Shown: positions 1 to 9,965 of the stretch, one piece after another | Layout of the letters: every line of letters begins with the position of its first letter | How positions within the stretch are numbered: position 1 is the first letter of the stretch | DNA from: Vampirovibrionaceae bacterium NZW_1234 | GTDB taxonomy: Bacteria > Cyanobacteriota > Vampirovibrionia > Vampirovibrionales > JAGQHJ01 | Assembly (NCBI GenBank): GCA_041697335.1 | Contig: JBGUGD010000038.1 | Coordinates: 64,001 to 128,000 of the forward strand | Direction of reading: 5' to 3' | Length of the DNA stretch: 64,000 nt | The notes under the pieces: model-generated | Told to the model about the DNA's origin: nothing | The model's input: the letters and a program-made list of their open reading frames with translations, nothing else | Databases searched by the model: none | Translations under genes and position numbers: made by a program

Positions 1-116
1 ATAAAACAGCGTCAGGCAAAACCGGGTGGGATGCCTCAATAAACCCCATCAATCATGAAAATTGCCTCAGCAATCCAAAGGATGACTGTTGGCATGCCCA
101 ATCGACTGAATACAGG

Positions 117-650
117 CTACAGTGGTTTAAAGTCCGGGATGGCGCTATCTTTGGCCGAGATTTGGCTCAGCGGCAACGGCCAGGAAATGGCGAAATACGG
201 ATCGTCCCAGCGGACACCCCGCTCCGCACTGGGGGTATAGGACGTGGAGACCGGATAAAAGACCTCGGTATGGTCTTCCTGGGTCTGAAACCCATGGGCA
301 CAGCCGGGCGGCACATAGAAGGACTGCCGGTTTTCGGCGGTCAACAGGACGCCGGTCCATTGCAGATAGGTGGGCGAATCCGGTCGCAGATCGACAATCA
401 CATCGTAAATGGCGCCTCGGATGCAGCGCATCAGCTTGGCTTCCTGATGCGGGGCAATCTGGTAATGCAGTCCCCGAATGGTCCCTTTCTCCCGGCTATA
501 AGAGAGGTTACACTGGGCAATGTCCGAGACCAGACCATGCTGGGCAAACTCCTCCCGGCACCAGGCACGCCCGAAGAAGCCGCGCTCATCGCCGAAGGTT
601 TCTAAATCAATGATGTAGGCCCCATGAATCGGGGTGGGGGTAAATTTCAT
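117..650 (-). CDS. rfbC: dTDP-4-dehydrorhamnose 3,5-epimerase (RmlC cupin)
   Basis: FGDERGFF, GTIRGLHYQ, IYDVIVDLRPDSPTY and PPGCAHGFQT motifs. Confidence 0.93.
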   Translation of the reverse strand: MKFTPTPIHGAYIIDLETFGDERGFFGRAWCREEFAQHGLVSDIAQCNLSYSREKGTIRGLHYQIAPHQEAKLMRCIRGAIYDVIVDLRPDSPTYLQWTGVLLTAENRQSFYVPPGCAHGFQTQEDHTEVFYPVSTSYTPSAERGVRWDDPYFAISWPLPLSQISAKDSAIPDFKPL

Positions 651-708
651 CGGCGGCGGTTTCCTTGCACATCTCTGGGAAAATCGGGTCTGACAAACAC
701 GGTACGGC

Positions 709-1821
709 CTAAAGGGAAGATTGCAACCACTGGTCCAGAAACAGAGTCAGGCTCTGGAAGTCGTCCCGTTGTTTCATGCGCCGGTGCACCCACTGGCCAA
801 ACCGTTTATCGCGCTGGGGCAGGGCGTACTGGTGGTAGGTGATGCGCTCTTTCAGGGTTTGGGCCAAATCCACCACACTGTCCCACAGAACTGCCGGGAT
901 GGACTTCAGCCGAGTCGGAGGGCCCTGCTGCTGACCAATGCGAAGCCCTTGCACCAGGAATCGTTTGGGGAACAGATACATCCGCCCCAAAAAAGCACTG
1001 AAGGCATAATCCACCAAACGATCGGCTTCATCCGGAGGCACTTCGGGCTGTACCCGCTTGGCATGCTTGACGACACAGGCCTTAAAGCGATTGTACTGCT
1101 CCACAAAGGCGGGTTTATAGATCTCCCGGTCGAAGACGACTTTCTGATGCACGGCCTGCTGATCCTGGCGGCCCATATAGAAGGTGTCCACCACTTTGAC
1201 CTTGCCGTACAGGCAGGCCATGGCGTTCATCAGAAACTCCATAAAGACAAAGTAATCCGGGTGAACCGTCTCCACCACCTCCTGCATCACCCAGGCCAGA
1301 TGCTCGGTGCGGTAGACGGCATAGGTCAGATCGGAATAGTTGTAGAAGAAGCGAATCACCCGCGTCAGCGGCTCCTCGTCTTGCGTGGACGAAAGCCAGG
1401 GGTAAAGATGTTGCGTCAACTGGTAACGGCGGTTTTCCGGGTTGATTAGGACAAAGATATCGTGGCCGTGAGCCGCGGTATGGTCCGGATGCGTGCGTAA
1501 AAAGGCCACAGAGGCCTGAAGCCCTGCCGGGTTCAGAAAATCATCATCAGGAACAAAGGCCGCATAGGGGGTCGTCACCGAGCGAAGCCCCTCCTGCCAG
1601 CGAAGATACTGGGGAAAGTCCGGCGCAAAGCCTTGGTACTGGACTCCTGCAGCCTGACATAAACGCTTGTTCTCCTGGGCAATCTCCGGGTTCGAGCCGT
1701 CCAGAACGATCACCGTCAGTTCCGTCAAGTCATAGGCCTGTGAAAAATAGGTCAGCGTGCGTCTCAAATCCTCAGGACGCTGATAGGTGGGAATAAGCAG
1801 GGTCAGATCCGATAAGGTCAC
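709..1821 (-). CDS. Glycosyltransferase, GT-A fold (TIGR00180-like)
   Basis: LTLLIPTYQRP...VIVLDGS...PDDDFL; paralog of 4603-5736. Confidence 0.8.
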   Translation of the reverse strand: MTLSDLTLLIPTYQRPEDLRRTLTYFSQAYDLTELTVIVLDGSNPEIAQENKRLCQAAGVQYQGFAPDFPQYLRWQEGLRSVTTPYAAFVPDDDFLNPAGLQASVAFLRTHPDHTAAHGHDIFVLINPENRRYQLTQHLYPWLSSTQDEEPLTRVIRFFYNYSDLTYAVYRTEHLAWVMQEVVETVHPDYFVFMEFLMNAMACLYGKVKVVDTFYMGRQDQQAVHQKVVFDREIYKPAFVEQYNRFKACVVKHAKRVQPEVPPDEADRLVDYAFSAFLGRMYLFPKRFLVQGLRIGQQQGPPTRLKSIPAVLWDSVVDLAQTLKERITYHQYALPQRDKRFGQWVHRRMKQRDDFQSLTLFLDQWLQSSL

Positions 1822-2409
1822 GAACTTCCGCCAATGGGTCTCACTAAGACAGGGGCTGGTTTTATTATACCAGTGGACATTGCATTACCGTCGCCCAAGG
1901 CTTGGCTGACACAAAGGCGATTCCGCACGGGGGCACCAGGGCACGCATGGCGCGGGAGCCCACCTGGGGCAATCCCGTCTAAAATACCACGTCAAAGCCC
2001 AGAGGGCCTTTACCGGATCTGCGGGCCGAGCCCGATGCCACAACGGCCCCATCACACTTTGTAATAGTAGAAACCCGGAACAAGCGGGCGTCGGAATCCC
2101 CTCAAAAAAATTCCTCTATTCATGGGATTAAGGATATATCAAATGTGTCGAATAATGATAACAGTTGGGATAGGAACATTGCGATCAGGCCAGAATCCTG
2201 GCATGATGTTTATCAATGTGGGTCGCGCTTGACGGTGCCAAATCACATTTATGTATCAGGCGGGACTTTCGAGCAGGTGATGAGGGCAACCCCCACGCCC
2301 GGGCTCTATTCCTTTCCTGTAACCCGCCCTGAGAGCTTGAATCCTGGTCTTTTGACCATCCGAAGGGCATCTTCCCGATGAACCCCAGCGAGCGAAAGGA
2401 ACGCGTCTG

Positions 2410-3510
2410 TTGAAAATTCTGGTCACAGGAACAGAAGGCTATATTGGCTCTGTGTTGGTGCCGCTTCTGGTGGCGCATGGACACGAGGTGGTTGGTGTGG
2501 ATACGGGCTACTACAAGGCCGGATGGCTGTATGAAGATGCCACGGCCCCCCATTATCGCCTGCTGAACAAAGATATTCGCGACATCACCCTGAACGACCT
2601 GGACGGCTGCGACGCCGTGGTTCATATGGCGGAATTGGCCAATGATCCGGCGGGCGAGCTTTGCCCGGACGTGACCTATGCCATCAACTACCATGGGTCC
2701 CTACACCTGGCACGGCTGGCCAAGCAAGCCGGCGTGTCCCGATTTGTCTACACCTCCTCGTGCAGTGTCTACGGGGTGGAAACAGATGCCATGGTTACGG
2801 AAACCTCGGATTTGAATCCCGTCAGCGTCTATGCCCAGTGTAAGGTGCTGGTGGAACAGAATGTCATGCCGATGGCCACAGAGTCTTTCTCACCGGTCTT
2901 TCTGCGAAACGCCACGGTCTTTGGCTTGTCCCCCCGAATGCGCTTTGATCTGGTCCTGAACAACCTGTCGGGTCTCGCATGGACCTTGGGTGAAATCAAC
3001 ATGATTAGCGACGGCACCCCGTGGCGCCCCCTGGTGCATGTTCAGGATGTCTGCCAGGCTGTTCTATGTGCCCTTCAGGCCCCCCGGGACATTGTCCATA
3101 ATCAGATTTTTAACGTCGGTGATACCCGAAACAATTTCCAGGTCCGCGATATTGCCGAAATCGTGGCGGAGGTCTTCCCGCACTGCCAGATTCGCTTTGG
3201 CGATCGGGGCAACGATGCGCGCAGCTACCGGGTGGACTTCAGCAAGATTCACGACCAGTTGCCGGGCTTTTCCTGCCAGTGGACCGTGAAAGCCGGGGCC
3301 GAGCAGCTGAAAGAGATGTTCCAAAAGCTGGATATGACCTACGAACAGTTTATGTTCCGGGGCTTTACGCGCATGCGCCAACTGGAATACCTGTTGTCGA
3401 CCCAGCAGATTGATGATTACTTCTTCTGGGCGCGTCCATCCACCCTGGTGCACCAGTTGCCCACACCGCTGTATCCGGCTGACGCCAGCCTGGTAAGCCG
3501 TGCCGGTTAG
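2410..3510 (+). CDS. NAD-dependent sugar epimerase/dehydratase
   Basis: GTEGYIG, SSCSVYG, YAQCK (YxxxK), MRFDLVLN, DGTPWRP. Confidence 0.9.
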   Translation: MKILVTGTEGYIGSVLVPLLVAHGHEVVGVDTGYYKAGWLYEDATAPHYRLLNKDIRDITLNDLDGCDAVVHMAELANDPAGELCPDVTYAINYHGSLHLARLAKQAGVSRFVYTSSCSVYGVETDAMVTETSDLNPVSVYAQCKVLVEQNVMPMATESFSPVFLRNATVFGLSPRMRFDLVLNNLSGLAWTLGEINMISDGTPWRPLVHVQDVCQAVLCALQAPRDIVHNQIFNVGDTRNNFQVRDIAEIVAEVFPHCQIRFGDRGNDARSYRVDFSKIHDQLPGFSCQWTVKAGAEQLKEMFQKLDMTYEQFMFRGFTRMRQLEYLLSTQQIDDYFFWARPSTLVHQLPTPLYPADASLVSRAG

Positions 3511-3529
3511 TCAGGGTTTTCAGGGTGCC

Positions 3530-4483
3530 ATGAAGCGGGTTCTGGTGACAGGTGCAACGGGCTTTATCGGCCGCCACTGCCTGCCCTACCTGGTGGCTGC
3601 CGGGTATGAGATTCACGCCTTGACATCGCGTCCTTCATCGGATGCGGATTGGCAAGCCCTGGCTGAGGCCTGGCCCCAGGTGACCTGGCATGCCGTCTCC
3701 ATGTTTGAAACCGAGAAATTGGAACGGCTGGTAGCCGAGGTTCAACCGACCCATCTGCTGCACCTGGCTTGGGAGCTTCCGCCCAAGCTGTCGTGGGATT
3801 CCCCCAAGCACTTCCTATGGATGGAAGCCAGCTTGAAACTCCTCCTGGCCTTCCACCAGCATGGCGGACAGCGGTGTACCTTCAGCGGCACCGGCTTTGA
3901 GTATGACGCCCGCTATGGGTATTGCTCCGAGTCACTGACCCCGAAGGCCTCGACCAACTTGTACGGCACAACCAAGCATTGTCTCCAGTCCATGACCGAG
4001 ATCTACTGCCAGCAACACCAGCTCAGCTACGCCTGGGGACGGGTCTTTTTCCTCTATGGCCCCTATGAGGCCAAGTCCCGTCTGGTGGCCTCTATCATCA
4101 ATGCCTTATTGGATGAGGCACCGGCCCGGTGTTCGCATGGCAACCAGATCCGGGATTATCTTCACGTGGCCGATGCGGCCTCCGCCCTGGTAGCGCTTTT
4201 GGACAGCGACGTGACCGGACCGGTCAACATTGGTTCGGGTACGGCGGTGACGCTGAAGCAAATCATCTATGCCATTGGCGATATTCTGGGCAAATCCCAT
4301 CTCATTGAACTGGGCGCCCTGCCCAGCCCGCCCAATGAACCGGCCTTGCTGGTGGCACAAGTGGAGCGGCTTCAGCGGGAGTTGAAATGGTTGCCCCAAT
4401 ACTCCCTGGACCATGGCCTTCGCGAAACCGTCGCCTGGTGGCAATCCCAGCGCTATTGTCTAAATATGCCAGGCACCGTATGA
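3530..4483 (+). CDS. NAD-dependent epimerase/reductase (extended SDR)
   Basis: GATGFIG, YGTTK, RDYLHVAD; ATG at 3530 chosen as start. Confidence 0.88.
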   Translation: MKRVLVTGATGFIGRHCLPYLVAAGYEIHALTSRPSSDADWQALAEAWPQVTWHAVSMFETEKLERLVAEVQPTHLLHLAWELPPKLSWDSPKHFLWMEASLKLLLAFHQHGGQRCTFSGTGFEYDARYGYCSESLTPKASTNLYGTTKHCLQSMTEIYCQQHQLSYAWGRVFFLYGPYEAKSRLVASIINALLDEAPARCSHGNQIRDYLHVADAASALVALLDSDVTGPVNIGSGTAVTLKQIIYAIGDILGKSHLIELGALPSPPNEPALLVAQVERLQRELKWLPQYSLDHGLRETVAWWQSQRYCLNMPGTV

Positions 4484-4602
4484 TACTAATATCCCCCGGC
4501 GATGCCGCTGTTCCCGGCCCGAATTTCGGGAGTTCGTCCTTAAGAGAAACGGTCGTTGCTATGCCTCCATCCGTTGCGTTTAAACACAAGATTTGATCCG
4601 CC

Positions 4603-5736
4603 ATGTCGGTTCCATCCCCCGCAGAGCTCACATTACTGATCCCCACTTATAACCGCCCCGCCGATTTGCGGCGGACAATCCGGTACCTGGCCCACGTGTA
4701 TCATCTGGAGTCGTTGCCGGTGATTGTGCTGGACGGCTCGACGGATTCCGAGGCCTTGTACCAGAACAAGCGGCTCTGTGACGAATACGGCGTGCGCTAC
4801 AATGTCTACGATCGCCGAGTCAGCCAATTTGAGCGCTGGCTGGATGGGGCCAGACAGGTCGAAACGGAACTGGTCTGCGTGGTGCCGGATGATGATTTCC
4901 TTTTGCCAGAAGGGCTTGAAAAAGCCGTGGGCTATCTGAAAACCCACCCCGACTACGCCTCGGCCCAGGGCTATTATACCTATCTGCTATTGGAAGAAGG
5001 CCAGTTCTGGTTTGAACCCCATTTCTGGACAACCCGGAAATCCATTGAAGCCGATGACCCGCTGGAACGGCTCATTGATTTTTACAACCATTACTCCGAT
5101 GTTATCTATGCGGTTCACCGTCGGGAGCATTTGCAGTTCTTGCTGGAGCAGACGGTTCAAAACTATTCGGACTCGGAAAGCTTTGTCTTCATGGAGTTTC
5201 TCTTTGGTGCCATGACCGCCCTAAAGGGCAAGGTCAAGGTCCTGGACGTGCCCTACTCCTTACGCCAGCGTGGGCAGGCCAATCACCAGAAGCTCTGCTT
5301 TGATCGCTACATCTACACTGCCGATTTCCTTGAGAAGTACCAAAAATACAAGGCCAGTGTCATTGCCTATGCCCGGGACCGTTATCGAGCCGACCCGGAA
5401 ACCGTGGACGCGGTTGTGGACTACGCCTTCGGCATGCTGCTGAGCATCCTGTTTCTGCACCCCAAGCAGCTAAAAGTACGGGCGCTGCGTCACCTCCGTC
5501 CCGAACCCCCACGCGAGGGCGCTCTTGGCGCGTTCGCCCTGTTGGGCGAAATGATTCAGGACCTGTGGCAGGCGTTTGCCACCCGCCTGGTGTTTTATAT
5601 TTACGTCTTACCCCAAAAGCACCCGGCCTTCCATTGGCTGGCCAATGCCATCTACTCGCAGCACCCGGATTTTATGGATATTCACACGTTTTTACGCCAG
5701 GAAATCAAAGCCGAACAACACGAACCTTCCTACTAG
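4603..5736 (+). CDS. Glycosyltransferase, GT-A fold (TIGR00180-like)
   Basis: LTLLIPTYNRP...VIVLDGS...PDDDFL; collinear with 709-1821. Confidence 0.8.
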   Translation: MSVPSPAELTLLIPTYNRPADLRRTIRYLAHVYHLESLPVIVLDGSTDSEALYQNKRLCDEYGVRYNVYDRRVSQFERWLDGARQVETELVCVVPDDDFLLPEGLEKAVGYLKTHPDYASAQGYYTYLLLEEGQFWFEPHFWTTRKSIEADDPLERLIDFYNHYSDVIYAVHRREHLQFLLEQTVQNYSDSESFVFMEFLFGAMTALKGKVKVLDVPYSLRQRGQANHQKLCFDRYIYTADFLEKYQKYKASVIAYARDRYRADPETVDAVVDYAFGMLLSILFLHPKQLKVRALRHLRPEPPREGALGAFALLGEMIQDLWQAFATRLVFYIYVLPQKHPAFHWLANAIYSQHPDFMDIHTFLRQEIKAEQHEPSY

Positions 5737-5737
5737 C

Positions 5738-6853
5738 CTAGACGTTCAGCGGTCGTTGGGAGAACCGGGCAATGGCCTCGGCAACCTGGTCCACGGCTTC
5801 GGCAGGCAGGTGGGGCCCCATGGGCAGGCTTAGAATTTCCCGGGACAGGTTTTCGGCCACAGGGTAGGATTGATGGCCATGACTGGCCCGGTAGGCTCCC
5901 TGGCGGTGGGGGGGCGTCGGGTAGTGGATGAGGGTCTGAATGCCCTGTTGTGTTAAATAGGCTTGGAGCGCCTCGCGATCGGCGGAGCGAATGACAAACA
6001 GATGCCACACGGACTCGACTTCCGGAAGAATGTGCGGGACCTGAATATCCGGCACGCTGGATAAACGCTGGATGTACTGCTCGGCAACCGACCTGCGATG
6101 CCGGTTCCAGTCATCCAGAACCCCCAGCCGCACGCGTAAGAACGCGGCCTGAAGTTCGTCCAGGCGCGAGTTTACCGCAGCCACATCGTGAACGTATTTC
6201 TGGGTTGAGCCGTAGTTGCGAAGCTTCCGGATTTTTTCAGCCAATGCGGCATCCTGGGTCACGACAGCCCCGCCATCGCCCAAGGCCCCGAGATTTTTGC
6301 CGGGATAAAAACTAAAGCCGGCGGCAATACCAAAGGTCCCGACAGGTCGACCCTGATACCGAGCCCCATGGGCTTGTGCCGCATCTTCAATGACAGCAAG
6401 ATTATGCTCTTGGGCAAAGGCCAGAATGGGCACCATATCCGCAGGCTGACCATAGAGATGCACCGGCATAATGGCCCGGGTTCGGGGGGTCAATGCCGCC
6501 TCCAGACGAGCCGGATCCAGATTATGGGTACCAGGATCGGGTTCGACGCCCACCGGGGTTGCTCCGGTTTGGGATACGGCCAGCCAGGTTGCGATAAACG
6601 TATTGGTAGGCACCAAAACTTCATCGCCTGGGCCAATCTCCAGGGCACGCAGTATTAGATACAGGGCATCCAATCCGTTACCCACGCCAATGCAATGCGA
6701 GGCCCGGCAGTAAGCGGCAAATTCCGATTCAAAAGCCTCCAGTTCCGGCCCCAGGATAAAACAGCCGGAATCCATGACCCGGTGATAAGCGGCATCCAGT
6801 TGGGGCCGCAAGGCATCGCAGCCGGTTTTCAAATCGAGAAAAGGAATGGTCAT
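5738..6853 (-). CDS. DegT/DnrJ/EryC1/StrS sugar aminotransferase (FdtB-like)
   Basis: [44 protein letters not shown] overlaps the stop of the FdtA-like gene. Confidence 0.93.
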   Translation of the reverse strand: MTIPFLDLKTGCDALRPQLDAAYHRVMDSGCFILGPELEAFESEFAAYCRASHCIGVGNGLDALYLILRALEIGPGDEVLVPTNTFIATWLAVSQTGATPVGVEPDPGTHNLDPARLEAALTPRTRAIMPVHLYGQPADMVPILAFAQEHNLAVIEDAAQAHGARYQGRPVGTFGIAAGFSFYPGKNLGALGDGGAVVTQDAALAEKIRKLRNYGSTQKYVHDVAAVNSRLDELQAAFLRVRLGVLDDWNRHRRSVAEQYIQRLSSVPDIQVPHILPEVESVWHLFVIRSADREALQAYLTQQGIQTLIHYPTPPHRQGAYRASHGHQSYPVAENLSREILSLPMGPHLPAEAVDQVAEAIARFSQRPLNV

Positions 6854-7269
6854 GCTTGGGGTTCCCGATTGCGGACACTTTCGAGAAACTCGGAATAGCA
6901 CCGGTAGTAATCGGCTTCGTCATAATACATAGAGGCCAGGGCCATACAGACCGATCCGGAGGAGAAGTTGTCAATCTCCCGCCAGACGCCAGGGGAAATA
7001 TAGAGGCCAAAATAAGATCGGTTCAAATGATAACGTTGCTTGTGGTGTCCATCGTCCAGCAAGACATCGAAGCTGCCGGACATGGCAATGAGAACCTGCT
7101 GCAATTCCTTGTGGGCGTGTCCCGCCCGGTGAGCCCCTCCGGGAACGTCGTACATATAATAGACCCGCTTGATGTCAAAAGGCACATGGCGCTCGGCCTC
7201 GATAAAGGTCAAATTGCCACGGGGGTCGTGGATGATGGGAAAATCAATGAGTTTACAACGGTCCAGCAT
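6850..7269 (-). CDS. fdtA: FdtA/QdtA-family dTDP-6-deoxy-3,4-keto-hexulose isomerase (cupin)
   Basis: [36 protein letters not shown]. Confidence 0.88.
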   Translation of the reverse strand: MLDRCKLIDFPIIHDPRGNLTFIEAERHVPFDIKRVYYMYDVPGGAHRAGHAHKELQQVLIAMSGSFDVLLDDGHHKQRYHLNRSYFGLYISPGVWREIDNFSSGSVCMALASMYYDEADYYRCYSEFLESVRNREPQA

Positions 7270-7363
7270 CGGGAATCAGCAGTCTCATGAAGGGAATGTT
7301 ACTTCAGTGTATCTTATTTGCGTTGGGTTTGGCTCCTCGTAACAGTGGAGACCGGGGTAGATG

Positions 7364-8485
7364 CTAGACATTGATGCGAGAGTGCTCCAGAGCCCGGATT
7401 TGCTGTTTGCATTCCTGCACCTGGCGAATGTTGAAGATATCCTGATCGCTGACCATCCGGGCCAGCTCGGGGAATCCGAAGTCACAGCGGGCCATAATCT
7501 TTTCGGCCAGCGCCACATCGCCCATGGCTTCATAGATGGCCAGCACCCCAAAACGCCGATGGGTGGCACTGTTGCAGGCAATGCCAAAGTCCAGGGCATG
7601 GCGGCCCACCAGAAACGGCACCATGTCATCATCCCCGGCCACCGCCCCATAGGTCTGGGCAGCCGGAAAGATAGCCTTAAAGTCGCTCAAAGAGCGGATG
7701 TCGAGAAAGTTCATCAGCACCTGCACATGCTCCCAATCATACAGGGGAATATCCCGCTGAACGTAGGCGCTGGCATTGGCCCCGCCGGCTCGGACCCGGT
7801 ACTGCATCAGGGGCTCCTGGAGGATATGAATGGGGTGATGCATGCAAATTTTCACCCACAGCTCAAAGTCTGCGGTCTTCACCAGGCGGCCATGGCGGAA
7901 ATAGTCGTCCAGCCAGGGCAGAAGCGAGGGTCGCAGCATGGCCGTCGGGGCACACAGGCAGTTGAAGTTGTGGAAGAAATGATTCAACCACTCATAGCGA
8001 GAGCGGTTCGGCTGGGTAAAGCGGTTTTTTTCGAGGGTGGGTGGCTTTCGCAATGCCGGATCAGTGTAATAATCCTCAAATACGTAATGACTCAAATCCT
8101 CAAAGGGCTGGCTGTCATCATCAATAATCTGAACCCATGTCAGCACGGCGGCCACCTCGGGGTGGGCATCCAGGTAGGCGACCTGCTTCTGGAGTTTCTC
8201 GGGCAAATACACATCGTCGGTGGGCAAAAAGGCCATGTAGTCGCCCTGGAACTGCCGGAAGCACTGGTAGGTGGTGTAGGGAGCCCCGCTGTTCTTGCTG
8301 TTTCGGGCCTTGCGGATGCGCGGATCGGTCATGGCCTGAATCCGCTCCCAAGTGCCGTCCTGAGAGGCATCGTCGACAATCACCAGATCAAAATCCTGAA
8401 ACGGTTGATTCAACACACTGTTGACCGCTTCCTGGACGTATTTGCCGTGATTATAGCTGGGGGAAAGAATACTGACCTTGGGCAT
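7364..8485 (-). CDS. Family 2 glycosyltransferase
   Basis: PKVSILSPSYNH, VIVDDASQD, DDVYLPEKLQKQ, DFELW. Confidence 0.9.
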   Translation of the reverse strand: MPKVSILSPSYNHGKYVQEAVNSVLNQPFQDFDLVIVDDASQDGTWERIQAMTDPRIRKARNSKNSGAPYTTYQCFRQFQGDYMAFLPTDDVYLPEKLQKQVAYLDAHPEVAAVLTWVQIIDDDSQPFEDLSHYVFEDYYTDPALRKPPTLEKNRFTQPNRSRYEWLNHFFHNFNCLCAPTAMLRPSLLPWLDDYFRHGRLVKTADFELWVKICMHHPIHILQEPLMQYRVRAGGANASAYVQRDIPLYDWEHVQVLMNFLDIRSLSDFKAIFPAAQTYGAVAGDDDMVPFLVGRHALDFGIACNSATHRRFGVLAIYEAMGDVALAEKIMARCDFGFPELARMVSDQDIFNIRQVQECKQQIRALEHSRINV

Positions 8486-8532
8486 ACGCCATCCGTTACT
8501 CCAACACCGGTGTCTTAGTCTATCGTATCACG

Positions 8533-9333
8533 TTACAGGCGAATCCCGCCGCACCGGGACAAATCGCAGAACGTCGAAAGCGTTCCCTCCCGAGCCATGG
8601 CTTCGTAAAGGGTTAAATCCTGGACCGTATCCACTTCCAACCACCCATGGGCCACAGGGACCGCCTGAATGGGCCATCCGGCATCGATCAGCTCCTGAAG
8701 GAAGCGAGTCATAAACATTTGCCCAAAGGCCCTGCCATCGTAGGTCCGGGTCCGATCCATGGCCTGGTAGAAGGCCAGAATCGGGGCCAGCTGATCGCCC
8801 CGAAAGCGAATCAGCCCCATGTACTGGGCCTGGATGTCTTCATACCCTTTCGGCTTTTCGCCCAGTTCCAGCAGACGCCCGGTGGCATCCAACTTCAGGG
8901 TCTCGGCATCCTGGAGCGGGTCTTCCTGCCGAAGCTCCCAGTAGGACCGCCACTCGGTATCCACGGTCAGGGCCAGAGGCGCGTCACAGGCCAACAGGGC
9001 CTCCAATACCCGGGGCTCGTAGACGATATCCCCGTAACTGATGAGAAGATCCTCGGCGGTGTGAAAAAGCGACTCGGCACAGAACAGGGAATGCACCATG
9101 TTGGTGGTCTCAAAGGCCGGGTTCAGAATTACCTGAACCCCCAGGGCTGTGGACAGGGTCTCGGCACGATAGCCCCCCAGAACCGTGACATCCCCAATGC
9201 CGCAGGCCTTGAACACGGCCAACTGACGTTCCAGAAGCGAATAACCGGCCAGGGGGACCAGGGCCTTGGGACGGTCATCGGTATAGGGCCGCAGGCGAGA
9301 TCCTTGTCCTGCCGCCAAAATCAAGGCCTGCAT
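8533..9333 (-). CDS. Nucleotidyltransferase, putative CTP:phosphoglutamine cytidylyltransferase (Cj1416-like)
   Basis: LILAAGQGSRLRPYTDDRPK, TNMVHSLFCA, SYGDIVY, WLEVDT; gene context. Confidence 0.8.
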   Translation of the reverse strand: MQALILAAGQGSRLRPYTDDRPKALVPLAGYSLLERQLAVFKACGIGDVTVLGGYRAETLSTALGVQVILNPAFETTNMVHSLFCAESLFHTAEDLLISYGDIVYEPRVLEALLACDAPLALTVDTEWRSYWELRQEDPLQDAETLKLDATGRLLELGEKPKGYEDIQAQYMGLIRFRGDQLAPILAFYQAMDRTRTYDGRAFGQMFMTRFLQELIDAGWPIQAVPVAHGWLEVDTVQDLTLYEAMAREGTLSTFCDLSRCGGIRL

Positions 9334-9965
9334 TCATCGGCTCCAAAGACGGCATCAAACAACATCCGATCGTGCGGGGCCAATGCCGCCTCACGCTCGG
9401 GATGCCACATCACCCCATAGATACGACCTTCACTCTGGCGGACGGCTTCGATGCTCCCATCGTCACACACGCCCCAAATCGCCAGGGTATCTGCCAGGGT
9501 CTCCGGGAGAATCCCGTAGTGGTGAAAGCTATTGACCTCGAAGACCTGTTCCCAGAGTGCGTCCTCCTTCGGGATGATGCGGTGCCGGGTTCGCACATGG
9601 CCGGACACCGGCGTCAACGACCCGCCGAAATAGTGGTTGATCACCTGCATGCCGCGACACACCCCCAGCACCGGAAGCCGGTGTTGACAGGCGTAGCTCA
9701 AAATGGCCGCTTCGGCCTCATCCCGTTCCGGGGCCGGGGTCTCGGGATGGGGGAGACTGCTCAGATCATTGCCCCCGGTGAGGATGATGCCGGACAGATT
9801 CAGGTCATCAAGGTAGGCTTCGATATTCAGGCGAAGATTAGGCAGCGGTACCGGCTGAAACCCCAGAGATTGAATCAAGGGGGCCCACGCCTGATCCAGG
9901 GCATCCCGGCGCTCGCCGTGCGGGGTCACCTCCACGCGCTGGGTCAGCCCGATAAGGCGCTTCAT
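9321..9965 (-). CDS. Class I glutamine amidotransferase/peptidase C26, putative gamma-glutamyl-CDP-amidate hydrolase (Cj1417-like)
   Basis: GLTQRV, RDALDQ, LTGGND, GVCRGMQ, VNSFH, WHPER. Confidence 0.82.
   Translation of the reverse strand: MKRLIGLTQRVEVTPHGERRDALDQAWAPLIQSLGFQPVPLPNLRLNIEAYLDDLNLSGIILTGGNDLSSLPHPETPAPERDEAEAAILSYACQHRLPVLGVCRGMQVINHYFGGSLTPVSGHVRTRHRIIPKEDALWEQVFEVNSFHHYGILPETLADTLAIWGVCDDGSIEAVRQSEGRIYGVMWHPEREAALAPHDRMLFDAVFGADECRP

Noticed and set aside
7361..8518. Long antisense ORFs (also 34289-35389, 47533-48543, 14043-14906)
   Set aside because: Shadow frames of well-supported genes in GC3-rich DNA.
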